From Ramazzottius varieornatus (lineage: Eukaryota > Animalia > Tardigrada): a DNA stretch of 64,000 nt. How positions within the stretch are numbered: position 1 is the first letter of the stretch; every line of letters begins with the position of its first letter. Under the pieces are notes generated by a model. It searched no databases and was not told the origin of the DNA. It saw only the letters and a program-made list of their open reading frames with translations. Positions 49,236-64,000 of this stretch are shown piece after piece. The position numbers and the translations under genes were made by a program. The stretch is taken from contig BDGG01000002.1 of the NCBI GenBank assembly GCA_001949185.1, positions 1,385,145 to 1,449,144 of the forward strand, read 5' to 3'.

Positions 49236-51056
49236 TTAATGTATTTCGGCGATAGTCTTGCCTTTGGTTTCCGGCAACTTCACAGCCGAAAAAGCAGCGG
49301 CTGCCACCAGAACACCAATGAAAATGATATAAGTGTATTCTTCAATAAGTGCCTCGAGGACGGGGAACAGGAAGGTGGTGCAAACAGCGCAGAGAGCAGC
49401 GACGCCTGTCGCTACCGAGATGGCGGCGCACCGCGCCTCTTGACCGAAGAGCTCCGCGGGTAGGATGTAGGCGATCGAGGCAAGACCCGTCTGATTAAAC
49501 AGCAGGATCGCGAAAAAGCACGCTACGCTGCCATATTCCGTCCACGTATATCCTTCTTTCTTCAGAGCAGCGAAGGTGATAAAGATAGACATGGATACGA
49601 CCAGTCCGGCTTCGCACGTCAGTAGTAGAGTTTTTCTTCCGGCCCGATCTACGAGGAAAAGGGACAACAACGTACCGTTAAGAGATACGCCCCAGAGACC
49701 CAATGTGGCGAGTAGCGCTCCTTGACGGTTCAGTCCAACACCTGGAAAAAGTTTACTTACAAAAATATTGTTCGTGTCGATGTATCGAGAAGCTCTGAGG
49801 TGACGGATGAAATATTCGTTAGCTGGGTGAACAATGCGCGCAGGTTTTTGAGTGGCGCACTCTTTCCGCCGATAATCAGCCAGAAGCGGCGCATGCTTTC
49901 GGCCAATAACAATAGCATGATGCGCCACTCAGGATATCGACCCTGTAGGTTTTCTTTGCCCACTTCCTCTCTTATGTTATTCGGTGGTGCGTACCTGTAA
50001 AGATGGCTGTCGAATAGTTGACAATGACAGTGTAGCCCGAGAACTGTCGCGCAACCATTGCCACTAAACAGAGCCATAAGGCCGATCGTAACCGCTTATC
50101 GCGAAAGATACCGACGATCGAAACTTGGTGTTGCTGCGTCTGTTCCTTCATCTCCGCCTGCATTAGCGCCAGCTCGTCTTCCACATTCTCGGTCTTTCTT
50201 AGCCGCACCAAGGCCCTTCTCGCCGCTTCCCTGTCCTTCTTCACAATTATACAGCCGTCTGGGGCTTTCCGGACAGATGGGGAAGGTGGCCAGCATCAGT
50301 ATGATGGTGGACAACGCCGACAAGATAAGGTCGTCCAGTGGTGTTACGCAGCACGTCGGGAAAACCAAGAGCTGTGGCAACGATCTGGCCTAAGACCATC
50401 AGGATCTGTGGAATGCTGCCTAAAGTCCCACGTAACTTGACCGGCGTCACTTCGCTGATATACATTGGTGTGATGACCATGTAGGTTCCGCCGGTTAAAC
50501 CCATCAAAACTCGTCCCACCACGAACAGCTCGTACGAATGGATGAACGGGGCGATGCAAAATGATGTGATGGAAACCACGTAGCTCACACCGGTAAACAA
50601 GATGGCGCCTTTGAGTCCGAAGATTTTCAGGAGCGGTAGATTGACAAAGATGGAAAAAACCTGAAAAAAAACATGTACTCTCAGTTTCTCGGGAATTAGC
50701 TAGGCTACCAACGGTGGTACTAACCAGCCAAGATTTCCAGAGGCGACGCTGAGGGCCCAAAGGGTACCGAGGCGGAGGTTGTCAGCCAAAAGCCTGACTT
50801 CTTCCTCTTGGGAAATCTTGCGGCACCAGATGCAAAGTTCAGCATCGTCAATGGTGAGGTTGGAAAGGATGGTTGAGTTGGAGGAGCCGACATATTTCGA
50901 GCACTGGACCGATCGTATCCAATGGACGATGACTGATTGCGGACCATTCAGTGCTACTGTGGTGTATCCCACGGGAAACCAAGAACCGAGCGACACGATC
51001 AAGACCACGAAAAACAGTGGACGTGTAAGCCCATGGTTTGGCGTGCTGAGTTCCAT
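49236..51056 (-). pseudogene. SLC2/GLUT-family sugar transporter with apparent frameshifts
   Basis: GYTTVALNGP, VGRVLMG, PMYISEVTPVKLRG, PESPR, QFSG..VNYS, VDRAGRK, PAELF, LPETKGK. Homology changes frame near 50322 and 50250 with no room for introns. Confidence 0.7.
49770..49960. repeat. GTGGCGCAC-N25 element, rearranged 2-3 units (GLUT intron)
   Basis: Boxes at about 49800, 49851 and 49886-49930; two 25-bp spacers (one degenerate). Confidence 0.7.
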
Positions 51057-51940
51057 GATTCGCAGTTAATGGTGATGAGCAGTCATCTAGCGAGTGATAC
51101 CGGGAATTTCATGACGCCGAGAGATCCGCAACGTGGCGAGATATCGAACAAAGGAGTTTGAAGGCCATTTGGACTTCACGCAGATGACGTGGTCCCTCGT
51201 CGGCTAAAAAAAATCTGCGATCACTGCGCTCCCGCTTACTACAGCTAAGTCTTGCCATCGAGCGCGTAGATTGGTTGTGCCTCGGAAGCACTAGGGGAAT
51301 TTCAGAAATTTATTCCCTCGTTAAATGGTATCGCGGCTTCTTATCAGCGGCCGCAGTGGGCATTTACACGTAAGTTCGACGGCTGTATATGTAAAGGCAG
51401 AGTTATCCAGCGAAAGAACCCCCGGGGTACGGATCATCCTGTTTCTGCATCTTCCGGATTGTCAGAAGTTAAAAATATCACGCACCATTTGCCAGGTGTT
51501 TACCACCATGAGTGAGGAAATCCCGGTCAAAGCAGTAGAGTCAAGACGTAAACTCTTGGAACTTCAGAATGTGGTGGACTGTGAAGCTACTTCAGTACGT
51601 GTACCAGTGGAACGAGCGTTCTGTGACTTCTGTCCATTGGCCAAGTCCCGGCAGTGTTTGCACTGATTAGGAGCAGGCCACCATAACTCTGTAATAAGGT
51701 GTGTGATTCGCTGGAGTCACCAAAGCCATCAAAACAAGGCTGCTGTTATTGATTTTAGAAGGCCACTCACCGATTGATTGAGCCAGAAAGATGATTAGGC
51801 CCATTTTTCTCGAAGATAATTGACAACCGACGTTCGATACCATGTCACCATCGTTGTCGCGATGGAATAATCTTCTGCTTGTTTTCTAGATCCAACTCCT
51901 TGGTGTGTTTTCCTTACAGACTGCGAACTGTTGGTGAAGG

Positions 51941-57177
<5,237 letters not shown>

Positions 57178-57459
57178 TACTTTCTGTGCTTTTTTACTGA
57201 ATCTATTTTTCTTAATCCGTGCACACAAAAGTCGATAAGTTACCCCGTCGGCGATGAGTTTGTTTGAAACTCTCTGACTTTTGCTGGCTGACAAATTCTG
57301 GAAATGATATTATCCTGGCCTTTCAACTTGAATAAAGTTACTCAAGCCCTTTCGACGCTTGTGAACCGTGCTCAGTCTTCCGTTCTAGATCAGTGACTTC
57401 AAGGCTTCATTACCCCCATGCAAACATGCACGAACTGCTCAGCAATTTTTTACTAGGAA

Positions 57460-58990
57460 TGTTTGCGGTGATGGATGGCAGCTCAGTCGCCATGGTCAGA
57501 TACCGTGATGTCTGTTCCCTTTTCCTCTTTATCCTTTCCATCTATTTCGCATGTATTCTCATCGGTGGCTCCTCCAGACTTCGGCCAGAGCTGGTTCCTG
57601 ATGGTGAATCCGTATGCGACCAGAAGGCAGTCAAAACTTGCGCGGAAGGAATTTTAGTTCTGGATGATTTCAACGTGAAGGGAACATTGGAGAAGGATTT
57701 CAATTGCACTTTCATGGAACATACCCAACAGTATTCGATCAAAACCTTTCATTCGTCCACTAACTATATATTCGACCATGAACTCCGGCTGTTTACAGGA
57801 GTGCGGAACTGTGTATTCACCGTCGATCTTCGTCCAATGCTTCCACTCGGTTCGTACTCATCGGGGACTCGAGAGTGCGCCAGCTCTACGGTCAGATCGT
57901 CTTGTTCTTCCATCCGGGCCACAACGTGGAAGTAACTGCTGGAAAGCATGAAGATTTGTCCTTCAAACACCCCAGCCTCAACTTGACGATCAAATTCCAC
58001 TGGGTGGCGTATGTCGATTTGCACATGTCCATGGTTCTGCAGAGGGAACTCCGGTCGGCACTGAACGGTTCCCCGGCTGACCTGATAGTGCTGGCTTCTG
58101 GTGTGTGGACCCTACGATATCGAAAGCCTTCCTTGCTGGCCTTCGATGAGTACCAAAGGTGCAACCGCTATCTCACTTTGAATACGTTCATGTCGGAAAG
58201 TTTTTCAGACTTCGAGCTGTTCGACTAACAATGAGTGTGATTATTTCACCGATGGCATTTTTCCCCCAGAAATTTGACGAGCTTAGTGCCCTTGCTGAAT
58301 TTCCTCGGAGAACGGAGTTCGGTGATATGGATGCCACAAGACCCCGTGGCCGAGTTGCTGCTGGCCGAGCGCCGTCGCATGATCACGAACGAGTGGATCG
58401 ACATGTACAATAGTGCAGCCGAACACATCCTGTGCCATTCCAATGCAACCAACATTCAGGTGCGTTTTCCGATTCTGTTCTAGTGTGGTAACTGGACGCA
58501 CTGGCATTTCCTGATTGAACAACCACAAATAGAAAAGACGGCAAAGTATTTTAACCAGATCGTTCGCGCAAGTGACGCACGGTTTCACTGGTACTGGCTG
58601 GGATCAGGCGCCACTTTGGGGAACTAAGAGGCTTCATCCTTGCAACTGGCGCACGTTTCGATTGTTCTTTCTCGAGAGAGTGCGCCACTTTGGAGGACGA
58701 TTTGCGGACGCCTCAGTTACTTCCTTCAGAATCTATGTGATCGAATCTACAGTTTATGGTTGATAGTTTACTGTTGATTGCTTCAAAGGTGTGGCGATCA
58801 GCGCGGATCCTAAGCACAGCATTCCACAACATGGTCGACTCGCCTGATGGACTGCATGCTTCGCCACACTTGGTCCATGCGCAGGTGAATGTTCTTCTTG
58901 ACCATTACTGCAACCTACCCTGACGATGGATGAAGTACCTTCGAGCGCCACAGCCAGCTCAGCTAATACGGTAATTATATCTCGCACAAC
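57460..58990 (+). CDS. SGNH/PC-esterase (CASD1 N-terminal-like) type II membrane protein
   Basis: N-terminal TM, FVLIGDSRVRQLY (GDS), DLIVLASGVW, VIWMPQDPV, PDGLH (DxxH, about 58842-58856). Both ends approximate. Confidence 0.75.
58530..58720. repeat. GTGGCGCAC-N25 element, 2 units (PC-esterase intron)
   Basis: Spacers 25 and 25. Confidence 0.85.
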
Positions 58991-59257
58991 TGCGACGCTC
59001 TCATTTGTTCATACAGATAAAATCCAGTATTGTCCGATGATCTAAACACGCCATCATAATCTCAATTTTTTTACGCAAATGCAAGTGAAGATGCTTCGAC
59101 ACAGAAAAAACGGTATATCGCTTCCGGCTATTTAACCAACTTTTTTTCCGAATATTCTTACTGTCTTTTATCGACGGATACGTGCTTATCACCACGAAGC
59201 AATATTTTCAATCATTTTCCACCGTCCAAAAATAATATCTTTGGCAATTTGCTGATA

Positions 59258-59746
59258 ATGACGCCGTTAAATTGTTCTAGATTTTGCTGGATGATGCTGG
59301 TCGTTGTAATTGCAACCGGTGAGTTTTTATGATCGCTAAAAACAGGATGAGGGGGAAAGGATGGCTATTGGGTCTTGGCTATTTGAGCAAGCTTTTGGTC
59401 TTTTCTGATTGTAGTGACGCTATGGATGGGTGGCGTGGACGGGCAAGAAGGGACAGAAGTGACACCAGCGCCACCGCGAGCACCTCTTCCCCGTATCGAG
59501 TCGAACAACGCAACGGGGCAACTGGTGGTTATTCCACCAGTGCCTCTGGCATTTACCTATCCCGGACCGCTTCCTGTTCCTGGTGTCAGCTGGCCTATCT
59601 TGGGGGGCATCAACTACATTGCGGAAGGACGCTTCCCGTACAACGGTTATGTCGGCGCGCAGTCCCCTCAGCTTCGTTGGGTCAGCAGAATCCGCCAGCC
59701 ACAGCCCTACCGTCGAAAACGGGAGACTGACATACTTTTCGTATAA
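59258..59746 (+). CDS. Small secreted Pro/Gly-rich protein (2 exons)
   Basis: The signal peptide is split by a phase-1 intron (CG|GTGAG..TGTAG); the mature part is P/G/Y-rich with RRKR near the end. Confidence 0.6.
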
Positions 59747-60461
59747 ACTCAAAGAATGTTGATTTTCTTCTGTGATACTCATGCTCCACTGTTCTCGCAA
59801 TTGTACGAGCCTGATTCAAGTCGTTCATCGCTGGCGCGATTCTCTGGTGGATCTGCTGGTCAGATTCACACCTAAATATCTGCAACTTCCATTTTCAGCT
59901 ACTGTATGTATGAACTGAGCATTGACTGGAATATGAAGAAGCGCAGTGTAAACATTGACAGAAGCGTTACTGGAGAGCCAAGAACCCTTACGAGAAACAG
60001 AAAATCTTTGAGTTTTGTGCAGAGTAGTTTTTGGTGGTATATCTTTTGAGCAGGACAAACAGACCGGCACCAAGCCATGATTATCACGAGGATCTCGTCT
60101 GTGATATCATGTTCCTCATACAGTAACGACGGTTTGCTCGATAACCAACTTCCACTGCCAGTTGTTGCCGGAAGATGGGCTGTAAAGAATTCTTATGGTT
60201 CCCAGGCTAGCCGCGAACGAAAAACTCTATACGAACCATCTTTAATCTTGAGAATCTTTCGTGATGAACACAACGAACAGCCGTTGCGCTAATTTCACCT
60301 GCACAAACTATCCTTAGAAAGTTCACTATTAAACAAACATGCCGCATTATCCATCAATGCTGTTTTCCACTGCGTTTATACTTCTCAAGAAGTATTGACA
60401 GTACTGAAACCTTGCTCAGCGAATTGGGACCTTGTATTGGGACGCACTTATTCGTCTTACG

Positions 60462-61202
60462 ATGGATTTATGGTGGAAATCCCTCTGTCGAATATGGCTC
60501 TTCACTGTGTTCATATTGTTATCCTTAGCCTGTAAGTACATCTGTCAAAAGACCGGACAGTATTTTGGTTTTCCGAGAAAATCCTTATTTGAAGACAATA
60601 ATCTAAACTCAAAAAGCGAGAAGGCAGCGAGGCGAAATAACAAACAAGCGTTACACGGATTTCCATTTCTCAACATCTATAACATATGAAACCTCGTCCG
60701 GACCTCTTTTCAGTTCATATGTTTGTTCCGTTCCTTGAAGTTCTTCGCCTTTTCTTCACGTTTCCGCTGTTGCAGAAACAAAAAAACCATATGCTCTGGC
60801 CTGAGTTTCCTGCAAGATTCTAGCGATACTTTTGTAATTAGCTTTTTGATTTAAAACAAACCCTTCGAACGATGGTTGGTTAATGCAGGTCTGACGATGG
60901 GCGACGGTGGCGACGCCTACTCCGGAGGCAGCTACGCAGGAGGAAGCGATGCCAATGGTTTGGGTGACGACGAGGACGAAGGAGCTCTGTCGCGGGACGG
61001 CTGGCTGGATGTGGGCAAGTTGGACTGGGGACCCATTAGCCCGGTGCCTTACTGGCCCTTACCCTTCCTACCACCCGCCTGGCCTCTCTTCCCCAACCGC
61101 GACTTTGCTTATGGATACTACCCATTCCCCTACACATGGGGCTTCCCCGGATATTCCAGAGGCTTCTATGGCGGACATGGCGGAGGTTATGGAAGACGCT
61201 AA
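60462..61202 (+). CDS. Small secreted Gly/Tyr/Pro-rich protein ending GYGRR
   Basis: Signal exon MDLWWKSLCRIWLFTVFILLSLA|GTAAGT; second exon from about 60889. Confidence 0.65.
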
Positions 61203-62109
61203 AACTTCCTCATGTGCCATCTGATCTTACACCAGTAAGGCGTTATCATGCTGTGCAAACATAAGACCTGCGTCCAAGTTCCTGCTATTCTAGTGAGCGT
61301 CACCATTGCTGTCCGCATAAAACCCACATACGCAAAATTTTCCGTCGATGTACCTCTGTTCTCTGTAAGATCATTCGCACTAGGGTCAGCAAAAAAGTTC
61401 GGTTTGCCGCGTGCCTGTTTCCGGGTCTTCCGCGTATAGTTGTTCCCCTGGACTATTACGTACGCGCACAGTGTTTACACTTTACTACTAACTTAATTAT
61501 CTTCGCCCTTCCGTCACATACACGTAAGTTGTCGCGATGAGCGCGTCGTGCTCGAAGGTACTTTCTTCCGGCTGCTGTCTATCCTTTTCATGCTAACTTG
61601 TCTCCTCAAGTTTCCTGACAATCAGCAGCCTCCGATCGCAAAGAAAGGTGGGCCAATGAGAAGTGCCAAGAAGCTATTGATTTTATTTCATTAATTGCAC
61701 AAAGGAGCAAACAATCGGTCCACAACTGACTTTAGCGCAAAGCAAAATCAAAGCAAGAGGCCATTGTGCACAGTGTACGGATTAGGTATCGTTGAGTCGT
61801 TGACCACAGAAAGAACCATTCTATTCAATACAAAAGGAGATCCACATGCAACAGGTACTTTGTACAAAAGGTGCCAGGGTACTGACGGACAACTCAACAC
61901 AACGGAGTAAAAACAAAACAACAGACGGTTGGTATAAAAATGAGATCAGACGTACTGGTACGGTAAGTGTAACACGAGAAGTGAGTCTTTCAGCTTCGGT
62001 CCAGCAGGGTATAGCATCATTAAAGTGCGTTTAGAGTTTCAGGCAGCCTTGACACCAGTTCGACTTACTTAACTGTCACTGGGAAAACCGGTCAGCCTCT
62101 GCCGACTTT

Positions 62110-63698
62110 ACCAAAGGCCACAGTGTGGTGTTCGGTGATGGTCCGACGACGACCGCGGAAGCAGCACCAACCCAGGCACCAGCAGCAGCAACACATCAGC
62201 AACACCAGCAGGACCTGTGACATGAGCGATAATTAGATCGATGCTTCGATCGATCAGTTTTAAGGGTACTGATTCTGAACATGATAATATCATCGACAGA
62301 GTTGCGATCATTGCGAGATCATAGTTGAGGAAAAAAAAGCGTACCACTCCGCCGATAATCTGTGGAAAAAAACACAGAGAAACATTGTTAATCCACATCT
62401 AATCGCTCGTCGCACCTCCGCTCGCAACGTTATTTTGGGAGCTCGGCTGGCAAACTCGCCAAGATCGTTCTTCCAAGTGGCGCACAATCTCAGCCAGTTA
62501 AACAGAAAAGTGCGCCACTTAACTCAGACAAACGATCTTGTCCAGTTTGCCTGCCAAGTTCCCATTTGTGTAACGAGGTAGTTCCTTGACTACGTAAAGG
62601 AACTCTTACCAGGCCCAAGATCGCGGCGAAAGGAATTTGCAGTCTGCAAGCAAGAAAAAGCATAGTTTATCAGTACACGCACTACGAGATATTACGGGCC
62701 AGAAAAATTACGGACCAGGCCTATTCGCTACGGCGGCACGGGCAGGTGATTCTTGCTTCAAGTAAAAACCACATCGAAGGCTGCACTGCTGTATGTGCGT
62801 GCTGGATATTGGGGAGCTAAAGCTTGTCATATTAATTTACAGCAGTCAGATCTTCATTATACCTTCAACAGTTCAAACTATTCCAAGGCATCTCCGGCCT
62901 CCGCGAGAAATATCTCGTCGTGCGTGTACGTCGTGCGATAGCGAGAAGGCTCGAAAAACGAAATACGCTAATACTGATCGCAAAATCAAATAATCAACCG
63001 CATAGTTTATGTGCTGAATGCTGATCGAAGATGTCACAGAGCACAGAGCAACCAACATGACCACATCATCCCAACCAACATGATCGAACGATACTTTCCC
63101 TGTATTGTCCACTAAGATTCTCAGGAACATTCCGGATGTCTGTCACTTACTTTTCGGGGTCTAGTCCAAAGATGTAAGCCCCGTAATCCTTCCAGTCGCA
63201 ACAGTAAGGCAAGCCACTGACCAAGCCCTTGCAGCAGAAGCTTCTAGAGTCAGAATCGGTGATGCTGTCGAAAGCTTTCGTTACCAAGTTGGGGCAAGAA
63301 AAGACACCACACTCCATCGCTCCATCCGATCCTGCAAATATGTATAGTTTTGCTCATGTTCTCTCTCTTCTCTGACACATATTCAGCGGCACTCGATCAC
63401 TTGGAGTTTAAATTCTGTAAAGTGGTGTATGAAAGATCGACGATCCATTTACAATAAAAACGTGCACGCACTGTTGAAATTGTTTTGCCATTTTTCTACA
63501 GGTGTTGTTGAGTCGACAGAAAATTCGCGGTCTCTATTGTATAGTACGCTTTTCAACCCTAAAATTGCACGATTAACGCATAATGTGACTCAGAAGAAAA
63601 TTACTTGAGTTTCCGAATGGCTTACCAGTGATGGATATGAGCATTAGGATGGTGCAGACTGCTGCAACTACCGAGAATGATCCGCTTCTTAGGTACAT
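62110..63698 (-). CDS. Shisa-like single-pass protein (3' end not located)
   Basis: Signal exon; ectodomain C..C....FCC....YCC; TM LQIPFAAILGL|IIGGV|VLLVLLM followed by CCCCWC..CC. Confidence 0.7.
62436..62564. repeat. GTGGCGCAC-N25 element, best-preserved single unit (Shisa-like intron)
   Basis: TGGGAGCTCGGCTGGCAAACTCGCCAAGATCGTTCTTCCAAGTGGCGCAC-24-GTGCGCCACTT..AACGATCTTGTCCAGTTTGCCTGCCAAGTTCCCA. Confidence 0.9.
62676..62926. mobile_element. MITE, TA-flanked CACGCAC-end family (subtype A)
   Basis: TA|CACGCACTACGAGATATT...AATATCTCGTCGTGCGTG|TA. Confidence 0.75.
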
Positions 63699-64000
63699 GA
63701 TGGCTGTGGGGACGCTGCAGAATCTGCGGAAGAGGAATGCAAATTGCAAAATTACGGAAATGAAAATTTCGCAACTTGCATGTGCGGAATGAACTCGAGC
63801 TCGAAAATTGAAAATGAGTGCTGACGATGAGGAGTGTGAGCTTTGCAACATCAGAATCAACAGATCGATATATTCGTATGAACATACTTAAACTACCGAA
63901 TACCGATCCAGTGAGACAGGACTGGGTCCAGGTGCGTGGAAAGAGACTCCCCGGATCGTGGGTCAAATATTTGGTAAACGTGTGTACCGATCAGCTGATC

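Noticed and set aside
57393-57935. Frameshift in the PC-esterase gene
   Set aside because: Explained by a short intron (about 57731-57798) that restores the frame into FVLIGDSR.

Overview
Eukaryotic (animal) genomic DNA with compact GT-AG introns and moderate GC. The gene content (c-opsin-like GPCRs, an ANF-receptor-type protein, a bacterial-type NmrA gene) suggests a small invertebrate such as a tardigrade; this is inference only. Genes in order: two degenerate c-opsin-like copies; a CUB-LDLa-serine protease; an ANF-receptor/receptor-guanylyl-cyclase ectodomain gene interrupted by MITEs and a 5'-truncated Ngaro/DIRS tyrosine-recombinase retrotransposon; MFSD1; fax; GLRX3; a cluster of Ly6/three-finger-like and small membrane or secreted genes; an abLIM/dematin-like headpiece gene; two tiny charged paralogous genes missed by the ORF track; an NmrA pseudogene; a frameshifted GLUT; mitochondrial Lon; an SGNH/PC-esterase; two small secreted genes; and a Shisa-like gene. 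The strongest unexplained signal is a dispersed, mostly intronic element at about 20 loci (32 units counted by eye). Each unit is a pair of inverted boxes, CAAGTGGCGCAC and GTGCGCCACTTG, around a spacer whose sequence varies widely but whose length is nearly fixed (25 bp in 24 units, 24 bp in 6). A second family with the same architecture but unrelated sequence (CCTGCATACA-N27-29-TGTATGCAGG, 4 units) lies in a Lon intron. All coordinates and counts were read by eye, and exon boundaries are approximate.
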